Origin: Bacteroidota bacterium
Lineage (GTDB): Bacteria; Bacteroidota; Bacteroidia; AKYH767-A; OLB10
Length of the DNA stretch: 64,000 bases
Assembly: GCA_016713445.1 (NCBI GenBank)
Contig: JADJPB010000014.1
Location: 128,317 to 192,316 of the forward strand
Direction of reading: 5' to 3'
Part shown: positions 33,136-44,807 of the stretch, piece by piece
Numbering within the stretch: the stretch's first letter is position 1
Layout of the letters: the number at the start of each line of letters is the position of its first letter
The notes under the pieces: generated by a model
Seen by the model: the letters and a program-made list of their open reading frames with translations, nothing else
Told to the model about the DNA's origin: nothing
The model's database searches: none
Made by a program: the position numbers and the translations under genes

Positions 33136-34001
33136 TCACTTTTCTCTTTTTACATTGCCGATGGCGATGATGAATAATACAATGAGGAAGTGATGAGTCG
33201 GAGGTAGTTGGGATCAACACCTGCCGATAGTGCTCCGGCAATGGCTAATCGAAAAAGGATGCATCCCATTGCAACTGCACTTAAATGAAGGTAAATATTT
33301 CGTTTTATTATTTTGCCAAAAACCGCTTCGCCCATCATCACCGCACCTAATCCCGAAATCACAATTCCAATGCCCATGTTGATATCAGCAAAACCTTGGT
33401 ATTGTGTGATGAGTGATCCACTCAAAGCTGTGAGCGCATTGGCAATGGAAAGTCCGATTACTTTCATACTCGATACGTTTACGCCCATCGCTCGTACCAT
33501 GGCTTCGTTGTTTCCAGTTGCCCGCATGGCAATTCCGAAATCGCTTTTTAAGAGATAGCGGAGAAGTATGGTGATAAAGAACAAAAATGCAAGTAAAGCA
33601 AATATAGATTTCGATAATGCCGAACCAAATGGAATTAATGTAAAGAAGGAAGGAGTATCGATCAACGGTAAATTGGGTCGACCAAGTAAAATTAAGTTGA
33701 TAGAGTACAATGCAGTCATGACTAAAATTCCAGCCAACAGCGCATTTACTTTGAGATGTGTGTGGATGAGCCCACTGCACATTCCTGCAAGAGCACCCGC
33801 CACCGCCGCAATACTCATAGCATAAAGTGGATGCATGCCCGAAGTAATGCAAATAGCAGTAACTACTCCGCCTAATGCATAACTTCCATCGGTAGTGATA
33901 TCTGGAATGTTAAAGATACGTAGCGAAACATAAATCCCATAGCCTAATCCCGCAAAAGCAAGTCCTTGTAAAATGGCCGTGAGAAGGAAGGCTGCATTCA
34001 T
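33136..34001 (-). CDS. ABC transporter permease (the C-terminal few codons are probably frame-shifted)
   Basis: ~283-aa polytopic ORF directly upstream of the ATPase. The alternative frame ..LIVLFIIAIGNVKREK* ends at 33136-33138. Confidence 0.75.
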
Positions 34002-34639
34002 CTTGCTAAAATAGTATTTATACTTTAATTGTTATTAGAAATGATAGTTATACCCCATCGCTTTGGTCGAGAACGGAAACCCATAGGGCGACAATTCATT
34101 GGTAAATCCATGAATTGTAGGGATTAATACTGACTTTGATTTTGAAAAGATTCTTGTCTTCGTTTTAGCAACATTATCTAATACCAATTATATTTAATAG
34201 GTCGTCCATTAAATTATACACAAAAGGGAGCATATTTCGAGCAATAAATATTAATAATATTAAGTTTCGTTCGGTACAGTGCGGAGGTCGTCCATCCCGA
34301 TGCTTCGGACGAACCGATTTTGCTGTACAGATGAAGAAAAGAGATAGCACAAAGAATTTTCAGTTGTTGCAAAGATTGTAGAAAGCAGAAACTGCAAAAA
34401 TGGGTTGGTGTTGGGTGGCGTGCTTTTTGGGTTCCCCCCGGCGGCGGGTTACTTTCTTTTCACGTAAAAGAAAGTAACAAGTAAAATGAGATTGAAATCT
34501 TAATTAAAACTAGAATTTATATTTAAAATAGGGCTGCCAACTTTTTGGGCTTTATTTTTTGTAGGATAAACTTATGGGGTGATTAATGTGAATGAACTGT
34601 CAGGAATTATTTTGAATTGCTTGGCAACTTGTTCGTTCA

Positions 34640-35551
34640 TCACTTTTTTCGATTGTTTACAAGTTGAGGCTGTAAATTTTTTGTGGATTTTTCTTTTAAG
34701 AACTTCGCTGCCTCCATCCCCGATTGATATCCCCACTGATACATGTCGGCACCAAAGCTCGCCAAAGCTCCCCGACTCACTAATCCGGCTTCGCTGGTGA
34801 TGATGGGAATGTTTTTATCGTGGCACGATTTCACAATGGTTTCGAAGGATGAAAAAATAACATTGTCGGGCAAGGCGAAGAAGACATCAATGTTTTTGGA
34901 AAGTAAGGATTCGGTGATGAGTTGTGTCTCGGATGAATTGGTAACGGGAATAGTTTCTAATGTAATTCCCATTTTTTCGCAACTTGCTTTTAATCGATTC
35001 AAAGCATCTATACTTTGTGATTCGGAAGCACTGTAAATGGTTCCCACTTTTTTAGCAGATGGAAATAATTGTTGAATTAAAGCAGCAGATGTATCAATAT
35101 AATCTAAGGTTTCATACACGCCGAATAAGTTAGGTGGATTTTCTCCTGCTTTAGTGGTTAGACCCGCTATATCAGGTCGAGGGGCTACCATCATAAAAAT
35201 TGGAATTTCTTTAGTGCGTTGAACGGTGTTTATCGTAGATAAAGTAGTGTTGGTAGCAATGAAATCGGGCTGTTGTGAAATGATATAATCCACCGTTTGC
35301 AATAATACCGCTTGATCACCTTGTGCGTTTCGGTAAATTATTTTTAGCGTGCCTCGGTCTTCACTGAATCCCGATGCGCTGAGTGCATCGTAAAATCCGT
35401 TGCGGGCTTGTGCTAGGGTAGCATCTTCTACATAGTCAATGAAACCAATGATAGGAATGTTTTTGTTTTGGTTGGATTGACAAGATGAAATAATAAAAGG
35501 AATGGTGAGTAAAATTATAAACAGTATTGATTTTCGATTCAATCTTTTCAT
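34640..35551 (-). CDS. ABC transporter substrate-binding lipoprotein
   Basis: MKRLNRKSILFIILLTIPFIISSCQS (lipobox), a periplasmic-binding-protein-like alpha/beta pattern, and the same strand as the permease and ATPase. Confidence 0.7.
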   Translation of the reverse strand: MKRLNRKSILFIILLTIPFIISSCQSNQNKNIPIIGFIDYVEDATLAQARNGFYDALSASGFSEDRGTLKIIYRNAQGDQAVLLQTVDYIISQQPDFIATNTTLSTINTVQRTKEIPIFMMVAPRPDIAGLTTKAGENPPNLFGVYETLDYIDTSAALIQQLFPSAKKVGTIYSASESQSIDALNRLKASCEKMGITLETIPVTNSSETQLITESLLSKNIDVFFALPDNVIFSSFETIVKSCHDKNIPIITSEAGLVSRGALASFGADMYQWGYQSGMEAAKFLKEKSTKNLQPQLVNNRKK

Positions 35552-35648
35552 TTTATGTTTTCTATGGAATAAAGATACCCAAAACACGTTAAGTTCATTT
35601 TTTGGATGAAATTTTATTGGAAGATTATTTCATCTCCCCCAAATAAAT

Positions 35649-37148
35649 TTATTCCGAGATGACTTTGGTTACTTTCTTCGACTCAACGAGTTCGATTATT
35701 TTCCCCATTACTGCTGAATAAAAAGGTTCTTTCATCTCTTGTAACAGTAGAGCGAAAGTCAAGGCTTCATTTTTCTTTTTTGACTTACTTAATTTAGCAC
35801 TGAAATATTTATCAAAGATCTCCCAAGGGTGTTCGCCTTTATTTTTGCGATACGATTTGGCTCTGTCGAAATTGCTAGCCGCTTGATTTAATTCATTGAA
35901 TATGTAATGTTGCAAACCTTTCCATTCTAATAGTAAAACGGAAATTTCATGTCGATGTCGACCCATGTCTTCTGCCAACTGTTGCAATTGCAAGAATCGT
36001 TCGGTGGGAATAGATTCACCCTGTAACACCTTTAACGTAAAAATTAAGGTTCGGTATTCACTCAATCGAATCCAGTTGTTGCGAGACGACAAGCTTCGGG
36101 TGCTGGCTTTGTAAATAAGATGTTCTGCTTCATTAAGACATTTGATTGCCACATCAAATTGGCTTGCATCGGTTTCTATGATGCAACGAATAAATCGAAA
36201 TCCAGGACGTTCATCATGTAATTCTTGATGTTTAGCCTCCAGTTCTGCTGAATCGAGCCATGCTAAACGTTGTTCTTTGCTCGAAGAAACACTGTATTGT
36301 GCCAGCACCGTAAATATTTTTCGCTTTGCTTCAGGAAGAAAGAGAAGAATTTCTTGATGAGATGATTGAAGGTAGTCGAGATAAGTAGCTAAATAACGGT
36401 ATGGCGATGCCGTTAGTAAACTAGCACGAATAATTTTTAAAAGGAGATGGTATTTATTAAGTGTGGAGGAAGTCAAGGTAAGTAATACTCCCAATTCTTC
36501 ATATACTTTTACAACTTGCTCTTCTTGTTGTTGTCCCTTGTCGGCCGATTGTTCTAGGCGAATTAATTCAAATCCTAATCGCACTTCTCGCTGACGTTGA
36601 CGTTGTCGCTCTACTAATGTATCGTACTTCTCAATAAATTTTTCGATTCCGTCACCTTGATGTACTACTTCTAAAAAATGGGTTTGTTGTCGGTACAAGC
36701 ACAAAAGAATTTCTTCAGATTCGGCTTGCTCGCATTTATTTTCAAAAGTTTCTAATTCACTCGTGAGGGAAAGTGCGGGATGAATTTGTATGGCTTGTCC
36801 AAGTTCAATATATTCTTTGAAGAGGGGTGTGAAATTCGATTTTTCTGCAATAAATTGTTTGTATTCGTTGCTCGAAATAAGCTGTCCAATTTCCTTATCA
36901 ATCTCCGAAAGAGAGGCTCTAAAGTCAGCTGCTTTTAGTCTTTTAAACCGTCCTTTCGACATCGCAAAAGGATCAAATCCCGTGGAGGTTCGGTACATAT
37001 CGAGCAACGATTCTATGATTTCATAGCGCTCTGGACTTGCTCCTTCCCCCAGTTTTTGAACCACAAAATCAAGAATTGTCTTTTCTTTCGGAAGTCGAAA
37101 TAGCTGAAATGAAGCGTCTTGAGGGTTTCTTGGCTCGAGTGAGTTCAT
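35649..37148 (-). CDS. Hypothetical all-alpha protein (499 aa)
   Basis: Intact ORF with no motif I recognise. It is divergent from the amidohydrolase pair. Confidence 0.5.
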   Translation of the reverse strand: MNSLEPRNPQDASFQLFRLPKEKTILDFVVQKLGEGASPERYEIIESLLDMYRTSTGFDPFAMSKGRFKRLKAADFRASLSEIDKEIGQLISSNEYKQFIAEKSNFTPLFKEYIELGQAIQIHPALSLTSELETFENKCEQAESEEILLCLYRQQTHFLEVVHQGDGIEKFIEKYDTLVERQRQRQREVRLGFELIRLEQSADKGQQQEEQVVKVYEELGVLLTLTSSTLNKYHLLLKIIRASLLTASPYRYLATYLDYLQSSHQEILLFLPEAKRKIFTVLAQYSVSSSKEQRLAWLDSAELEAKHQELHDERPGFRFIRCIIETDASQFDVAIKCLNEAEHLIYKASTRSLSSRNNWIRLSEYRTLIFTLKVLQGESIPTERFLQLQQLAEDMGRHRHEISVLLLEWKGLQHYIFNELNQAASNFDRAKSYRKNKGEHPWEIFDKYFSAKLSKSKKKNEALTFALLLQEMKEPFYSAVMGKIIELVESKKVTKVISE

Positions 37149-37244
37149 GATGGTCAGATAATTCTCTCCCCTTGATTTTTTTGTTGGGAGGATTCCCTTA
37201 CGCTTATAAAACTATTACCTTCGTTGCCCTGCCCTCAACTCCCT

Positions 37245-40200
37245 ATGAAAAAATACTAACATTGTTATGCACGTTGTTTTTTGGCTTTCCATCGCTCTTC
37301 GCGCAATCTACTCAACCCGTCATCGGGCTCGCTGATGAACGTGAATTGGTTTATGCTTTCAAGCATGCCAACATCGTCATCGAGCCTGGAAATATTTTGA
37401 AAGATGCGACACTACTTATTCAAAAAGGCAAAGTTATTGGTGTTGGAAATGCCATCGCTATTCCATCATATGCGGTCGTTTATGATTTGCAAGGTCAATA
37501 TATTTATCCTTCTTTCGTCGATGCTTACACCGACTACGATCAGGCAGATACGAAAATTGCAACTCCAGTAAATCGTCGTGACCGCCGTCCGCAAGCGGAG
37601 TCGGCAACAGCGGGTGCTACGAGTTGGAATCAGGCCATACATCCTGAGTTTGATGCCTTTGTTGCTTTCGTTGCGAATGCGAAGGAAGCACAAGAGTTTA
37701 GAAAACTCGGTTTTGGTATTGGCTTGTCTTTGCAGAAAGATGGAATTGCAAGAGGGACAGGTGCTGTTGTGTTGATGGGCGATGGTGACATCCATAAACT
37801 CATCATAAAAGACAAAGCTGCGAATGCTTTTTCATTTAGCAAAGGTACTTCTACACAAGATTATCCTTCTTCTTTGATGGGAAGTATAGCGTTACTTCGA
37901 CAAACGTATTTAGATGCACAATGGTATAAGAATGCGAAAGAAAAAGATTTTGATCTTTCCTTAGCAGCGTGGAATGATAATTTAAATTTGTTGCAAGTTT
38001 TTGAAGTGAATGATTATCGATCGGCTTTACGGGCAAATATCATTGCAAAAGAATTTGGTCAGCAATATACCATTCGTGGCGGTGGCGATGAATACAAACG
38101 GATTGATGAAATAGCGAATTGTAAATCAACTTTTATTGTTCCCTTAAATTTCCCCAAAGCCTATGATATCTCTAATCCTTTTGATGCATTGAATATTAAT
38201 TTGGACGATATGCGTCATTGGGAAATGGCACCTGCCAATGCTGGAGTATTGGAAAAGTCCAAAGTAAATTTTGTTTTAACAACAGATGGATTAAAGGACA
38301 AAAAAGAATTTTCATCGGCATTGCAAAAAGCAGTGAAGTGTGGTTTGTCAAAAGAGCAAGCATTGAAGGCATTGACAACCATTCCTGCGAAATTATTAGG
38401 AGTAGAAAATCAAGTAGGCTCCTTGAAGAACGGAATGCTCGCCAACTTTTTCATCTGCACGAAAGATTATTTTGAAAGAGAAAATGTTATCGTTGAACAC
38501 TGGATTTCGGGAGAACGTTACATCATTAAAAATTCGGATAGCATCGAGGTAAGGAATAAATATAAATTGTCATTGGATACTTTGCATGGATGGAATTTGT
38601 CGGCGAGCGGTGATGCCTTTACACCTGAATGGACTTTGCACCACGATACCATCAAAGTAAAAGTGGAGGCTTCCTCTTTTAACTCGCAATGGACATTTCG
38701 TTTTGAAACGAAAAAAGGAATTGGAGCTTATCGATTAAATGGAAGTTTCAATGCAAATGGGACGCGCATCAGCGGACAAGCACAAAATCCAGATGGGAAG
38801 TGGATGACTTGGTCGGCGGAGAAGATGGGTCCAACCGAAGCAAAGAAAGATACTACGAAGAAAGATTCTGCTTATGTCATGCCACAAATTTGGCTTCCCA
38901 ATATGGCCTACGGATGGAAAAGCAAGTCGGAGATCCCATCTGCAGGAAGCGTATGGATAAAAAATGTAACGGTATGGACATGCGAAGATCAAGGCATCTT
39001 GCAAAATGCTGAAGTAATTTTAAAAGACGGAAAAATTATTGCCGTTGGAAAAATTAGTGATGCCGATAAAAATAAATATAATGGAAGCGAAATAATTGAT
39101 GGCACTGGTATGCATCTCACACCTGGAATTATCGATGAACATTCTCATATCGCCATCAACGAGGGTGTGAATGAAGGGACGCAAAGTATCACCTCGGAAG
39201 TGCGAATTGGTGATGTGATCAATCCTGAAGATATTAATATTTATAGACAGTTAGCAGGTGGAGTGACCACCTCCCATTTATTACATGGAAGTGCCAATGC
39301 CATTGGCGGTCAAACTATCTTAATAAAATTACGTTGGGGCAGAACGGCGGAAGAAATGAAATTCAAAGGCGCTGATGGATTCATCAAATTTGCTTTAGGT
39401 GAAAATGTAAAGCAATCGAATTGGGGCGATAATAACGTTACCCGCTATCCGCAAACACGAATGGGCGTGGAGCAAATTTATATAGATGCATTTACCAGAG
39501 CTAAAGAATACGATAACAGTTGGAAGAAATTTAATCTGAGCAAATCAAAAGGTATCGCACCACGTCGGGATTTGGAGTTGGAAGCACTAGCTGAAATATT
39601 ATATAAGAAAAGATTCATCACTTGTCATAGTTATCAGCAAGGAGAAATTAATATGTTGATGCATGTTGCTGATTCATTTCAATTTCGAGTAAATACGTTC
39701 ACACATATTTTGGAGGGATATAAAGTAGCCGATAAAATGAAAGCGCATGGAGTAGGAGCATCTACATTTTCTGATTGGTGGGCATATAAATACGAAGTGA
39801 TCGACGCAATTCCGTATAATGGTGCGATCATGCACAATATTGGATTAGTAACAGGATTTAATAGCGACGATGCAGAGATGGCCCGACGATTAAATCAGGA
39901 AGCAGCAAAAGCTTGCAAGTATGGAAACATATCGGAGGAAGAAGCACTGAAATTTGTTACGTTAAATCCTGCAAAATTATTACATGTAAGTGATCAAGTA
40001 GGAAGTATTAAAATCGGAAAGGACGCTGATATAGTATTGTGGAGTGGTCCGCCATTATCCGTGTATTCAAAGCCAGTCAAAACATTTGTAGATGGAATTT
40101 GTTATTTTGATTTGAATCGCGACGAACAACTTCGCAACGATATTCAATTGGAGCGACAACGCATCATTAAAAAAATGCAAGATGAAAAAGCGGCAGGTGG

Positions 40201-40273
40201 ACCTATTCAAAAAGGTGGAAGTACGCCGCACGAAGAGTACCATTGTAACGATATGGAAAACGCACCTCATTAA
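37245..40273 (+). CDS. Large amidohydrolase family protein (start lost by a 1-nt indel in the A6 run 37248-37253)
   Basis: ATG+A7 would give MKKILTLLCTLFFGFPSLFAQ (signal peptide). The metal-binding motif is ..GIIDEHSHIAINEG.. and the C-terminus reads ..GSIKIGKDADIVLW... Confidence 0.8.
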
Positions 40274-40284
40274 TTCGACAGACC

Positions 40285-41568
40285 ATGAAAAAGATATTCA
40301 TAATCCTATTGTTGATTTCTCAAGCGGTGATGGCTCAACGTCCAACACCAGCGATTGTAAATAAGCAACGCATATTATTATTAGGTGCAACAGCGCATAT
40401 TGGAAATGGTCAAGTTATTCCCATGAGTGCAATTGGAATTACGGGAGGGAAACTAAGTTTCGTGATGGATGCCAAGGGTTATAAACCTGATCCAAAAGCC
40501 TTCGATACTATTATCTACGTTCATGACAAACACGCTTATCCCGGTTTCATCGCCTTAAATTCAATTTTAGGATTAAGCGATCTAGAAGCAGTACGTGCTA
40601 CTAATGATTACCGAGAAAGTGGAAGTATCAATCCAAGTGCGCGAACACTGATTGCATACAATTCCGATTCTAGAGTGATTCCTACAGTATGTGACAATGG
40701 TATATTGATGGCGCAAGTGTCACAACAAGGCGGATTACTTTCAGGAAGTTCATCGGTAGTGCAATTGGATGCATGGAATTGGGAAGATGCGACTGTCAAA
40801 GCCGATGATGGTATTTGGGTGAATTGGCCATCGATGCGTCAACAGCGATTGGCTACACCAGATGCGGAAGCGGAGCAAAAAGCAAAGAATGAAAAAGCGA
40901 TGCAAAGTTTGTACAAACAATTCGACGATGCGGCGGGGTATGCTAAATCAAATCCATCTGTAAAAAATAGAAGCTTAGAAGCCATGAAAGGATTATTTGA
41001 TGGCAGCATGAATTTATATGTGCGATGTGAATTTGCAAGAGAAATTATTGAAGCCATCAACTTTGGCGATAAATACAAATTAAAAGTAGTGATTGTAGGA
41101 GGTAACGATAGTTGGAGAGTGGTAGATCTTTTGAAAGAGAAAAATATTCCTGTTATTATAACACGCACCCATGCACTTCCTTATCGTGAGGATGATGATG
41201 TTGATATGTCTTATAAGCTGCCTGCGATTTTATTTAAAGCAGGAATAAAAGTTAGTATCACCGATGAAGGATTTTGGCAACAACGCAATTTAGGGTTTCA
41301 AGCGGGAATAGTTGCAGGCTATGGTTTAACAAAAGAAGAAGCCTTGCAATGCATCACCTTATCATCTGCACAAATCTTAGGCATCGACAAAACTTGCGGG
41401 TCCTTAGAAGATGAAAAAGACGCTACTTTATTTATTTCATCGGGAGATGCATTAGACATGACGGGAAATAAAGTGGAAATAGCGTTTATACAAGGTAGAA
41501 TGATTGATTTGGATAATTACCAAAAAGAGTTGTATCGTCGATACAAAGAAAAGTACTCAACCAAATGA
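40285..41568 (+). CDS. Amidohydrolase family protein (second of pair)
   Basis: Signal peptide MKKIFIILLLISQAVMAQ and C-terminal ..CGSLEDEKDATLFISSGD... Confidence 0.7.
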   Translation: MKKIFIILLLISQAVMAQRPTPAIVNKQRILLLGATAHIGNGQVIPMSAIGITGGKLSFVMDAKGYKPDPKAFDTIIYVHDKHAYPGFIALNSILGLSDLEAVRATNDYRESGSINPSARTLIAYNSDSRVIPTVCDNGILMAQVSQQGGLLSGSSSVVQLDAWNWEDATVKADDGIWVNWPSMRQQRLATPDAEAEQKAKNEKAMQSLYKQFDDAAGYAKSNPSVKNRSLEAMKGLFDGSMNLYVRCEFAREIIEAINFGDKYKLKVVIVGGNDSWRVVDLLKEKNIPVIITRTHALPYREDDDVDMSYKLPAILFKAGIKVSITDEGFWQQRNLGFQAGIVAGYGLTKEEALQCITLSSAQILGIDKTCGSLEDEKDATLFISSGDALDMTGNKVEIAFIQGRMIDLDNYQKELYRRYKEKYSTK

Positions 41569-41580
41569 TGTAATTATAAG

Positions 41581-41612
41581 AAAGGGTAGAAAGTTTCCTA
41601 CCCTTTTTTTGT
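41581..41612 (+). terminator. Intrinsic terminator after the amidohydrolase pair
   Basis: AAGGGTAG aaagtttc CTACCCTT followed by T7 (41582-41611). Confidence 0.8.
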
Positions 41613-41765
41613 TTTATTATTTAATAATTGAATTTTGCACTTCCTGTTTTACTATCAATAAAATCAATTTGAGTTCTAACTCAAATTTTCTAGAAGCTTG
41701 CAGCCAGAAGCTTTAGCTTTTGCGAGACAAGATATCCTCACCTCAATAAACCCATTTCGAACAAA

Positions 41766-42056
41766 TCACTTCGTTGGTTTCAAATATTCTTGCAAAGAAG
41801 CAACATATTCCTCAAATGCTTTTCTTCCATTTTAAGTAACAGAGCAAGTTGTTAATGGATAATTTTCTTTGAAACTTTTCTTTACTTGAATATATTCTGC
41901 TTCTGCCAATTTATTAATCTGCACACTCAAATTCCCTGCTGTCGCACCTGTTTTCTCGCGGATATAAGTAAAGTCCGCTTCCTTCACATTCATCAGCAAT
42001 GACATTACCGACAAGCGCAACTGTTGATGCAATAAAGGATTGAGTTCATTAAACAT
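41766..42056 (-). CDS. Winged-helix transcriptional regulator (in-frame TAA at 41832-41834 as sequenced)
   Basis: ..LRLSVMSLLMNVKEADFTYIREKTGATAGNLSVQINKLAEAEYIQVKK..LTTCSVT*NGRKAFEEYVASLQEYLKPTK*. The same frame continues after the TAA. Confidence 0.65.
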
Positions 42057-42666
42057 AACTTTCCTTAGATGAATTCGGATTTAATTTAACGGCCTTGTTA
42101 TATTTATTTCTTAAGATATATCCAGGAATTATATAACCTAAAAGTACTGCTGTTCCTAATAACACCAATTGCAATTCAAATTCTACAAAGAAGGCTGCAA
42201 TGGCCAACACCCAATTGATGATACCACCTATTCTTAGCGGACGAAAATTAATCACACCACCACTTATGTAAAGCCAGAATCCATAAACCATCATGATTAA
42301 CGGGTAGGTACTGAGTCCGAGCTTTGGCATAAATCCTAAAACAATAAATAGGGATACAAGGAACGCAATCAACACATGTTTCATAAACTCATCAATATGG
42401 GTTTTTACTTTTTGCGATTTGCCTTCGCGCAGTCCTTTGATGAAACTAATCACACCGCCGATTGGCATCAGCATCCAAGCAAGGTAAGGTTTTTCATAGC
42501 CTACTCCCATCAAAGTGTAATGAAGAATGCAAGCAGCAAATACAAGCCAACCCCAGAGTAGAAACCAAGATCCATTATCGCGTAAATCTTGTTTAGTGGA
42601 CTCAATCATTGAACGGATAATGCGTAAACTTTCTTCGTTACTCATTATTGATTTTTCGTTTTCCAT
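42049..42666 (-). CDS. Membrane protein (205 aa) co-transcribed with the winged-helix regulator
   Basis: Intact ORF with 4-5 TM segments. Its stop overlaps the regulator's start. Confidence 0.55.
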   Translation of the reverse strand: MENEKSIMSNEESLRIIRSMIESTKQDLRDNGSWFLLWGWLVFAACILHYTLMGVGYEKPYLAWMLMPIGGVISFIKGLREGKSQKVKTHIDEFMKHVLIAFLVSLFIVLGFMPKLGLSTYPLIMMVYGFWLYISGGVINFRPLRIGGIINWVLAIAAFFVEFELQLVLLGTAVLLGYIIPGYILRNKYNKAVKLNPNSSKESYV

Positions 42667-42721
42667 GATAATGTTTTTTAATTGTTGTTTCGAGGCTTCA
42701 CGATTAAGCTAGTAATTATAA

Positions 42722-43395
42722 TTATTTTTTACTGTCAATTTCAGCCAATAATTTCAGAGCGCGATCTTTTCCCCAAGTTGGCCATGCTGGATCTTCGTGT
42801 TTATCGTTTTCGAATTTCTTTAAAGCAATTTCTAAGTTTGCTTTTGCAACTTTCAATCCACCACCTGCTTCTTCTGGCATATGCATATACGATTCGCCTA
42901 ACACTAAATATACACGCGGATTTTCTGCATTCAATTTTTTAGCTTCTGCATAACCTTTCATTACATCAGGTCCTAAAGTCGCACCAAGTGTTGGATTCAT
43001 GCCAATACGCATACCGTTAATCATAGCTCTCAGTAAAACAATTTCTGATTCATTTGGTTGAATGGAATTGGCAGTTTTAATATACTCTTCTGCCTTGTTT
43101 AACATCTTCCTTGCTTCTGAAGTATCTTTTTTCTCACTAGAAAGTACTGCATTTTGAAAGGCGGCATGGTATTGCGAAATCCAATCGGATTTTGAGGAGG
43201 TAGCAACAGTTTCTATACCTTTTAATAAGGTAGCCTTCGATTCAGGAGTACTTGCAGAATCCATGAAACTGATATAACGCAATAAAAATCGACGTGTTTT
43301 TCTGTAGGTACATTGCCGTCCTTTTGAGCAAAGACACTCTGGTAGGAGCCTGCGATTAACAAGGCTGTAAGGATTGAATAGATTAGATTTTTCAT
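42722..43395 (-). CDS. Secreted helical-repeat protein, possibly a lipoprotein (frameshift near 43280-43330)
   Basis: ATG at 43395 gives MKNLIYSILTALLIAGSYQSVFAQ.., and ORF 42722-43282 follows in another frame. Confidence 0.5.
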
Positions 43396-43753
43396 TATTG
43401 TTTATTTGTATGTTGCAAATGTAAAGTAGTTTATATCATAAACCAATTTATGAATACTAATTAATTCATATTTGTTTGATAATCAACTATAAAAAATTCA
43501 AGAAGGAATTGAAAAAATTAAAAAGAAGACACAAAAAGTCCAGTTAACCATCAAAAGTTCAATAAGAACCTACAGCTGAGGGAACTAATTTACCATTCCA
43601 AAAGTTTTAAAGAAACAAATTTGCCATCCCATCAATAGCAAAGCCTTGGGAAACAAATTCATTAATAAACCCCCAGTCGTACTCAACTCCACAACGATTG
43701 CTGAGCGCAGCCATTTGCCAATTTACCAACTTACCAACTTACCAACTTGCAAT

Positions 43754-44706
43754 TTACTTCGCGAACACTTCGTCCACCCAACCTTTACCCCAATTATCCA
43801 TTTCATCTTGGCTCCATAACTCAGGATAGAAAATTCTTTTTGAAAACGGGGAGGTAAATATTTCTGCCAGTTCGTTCCGCCTGTAGCGGCTATGTCGGCA
43901 GGATTTGCTTGTAGATATTTTGCAGCGGATCTAAAATGAACCAAAGGCCAATTAATATTTACATTCACATCCAATTGCTTCATTGCAATTCGCAAATCGT
44001 CGCGATCTTGATCCGCTTGTGGTAACGATTTAAATATAGCCCACATGTTTGTGATCTGTAATCGTTGTGCAGTTTCAATGAGTTGCTTCGAATATTTTTC
44101 TTCAAATTGTCGAAGTGTTAAGGTTTTCTTTCCTGTCGACAATTCAGTTGCTCCTGCTTTCCAATATATATGTTCAAACATTTCTTCAAGTGAAGCATCC
44201 TTTTTTTCAAAAGACTCACGCACATCTTTATCGACGAGACGAATAAAATCCGTTGCATAAATTTCGATGGTTCGATACTGCGCACTTTGAAATCCGCTCG
44301 CCGGCAATAAACTCATTCTGAATTTTTGAAATTGCTCGCGTTCCATGCCATCGCCCATGATATCAAATGAACTGGTGAGTACAGCGAAATATCGATTCAC
44401 GCGCTGAAGTCGAGCCGCCATAAACGCAGCATCCGGACCTTTATCTACGATTTGTTGTAACTCATGCAATGCTAATTTAAAATATAGCTCCGTCACTTGA
44501 TGATACATAATAAACACTTCTTCATCCGGAAATTTGGTACGAGGTTGTTGAAGACTTAATAATGTATCGATGTGGATATAATCCCAATAGGTGCATACAT
44601 CAGCATACAATAATCCATCTAGATAAGATAATAGATCTTGCCCCATGGCAGTATATTTCTCCTCTAGGAGTTTTATTCGGTCAATGATCGGTTGTGGTAG
44701 ACTCAT
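43754..44706 (-). CDS. kynA: Tryptophan 2,3-dioxygenase (C-terminal frameshift at the T5 run 43837-43841)
   Basis: ..YWDYIHIDTLLSLQQPRTKFPDEEVFIMYHQVTELYFKL.. matches the family. The corrected tail is ..PPRFQKRIFYPELWSQDEMDNWGKGWVDEVFAK* with the stop at 43754-43756. Confidence 0.8.
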
Positions 44707-44807
44707 CCGACAAAAATAGTGATTCCGTTAACTGATAAATGTCAAAATCATTAAAAAGAAAGATTAATCAGGGGAAAAAAATATAAATTAATTTTTTGGA
44801 ATATAAC

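Noticed and set aside
41666-41687. The perfect 10-bp inverted repeat AATTTGAGTT-ct-AACTCAAATT as a terminator.
   Set aside because: It is AT-rich with a weak flanking T tract. A much stronger terminator for the plus-strand genes is at 41581-41612, and its assignment to the minus-strand regulator is uncertain. It is left uncalled.
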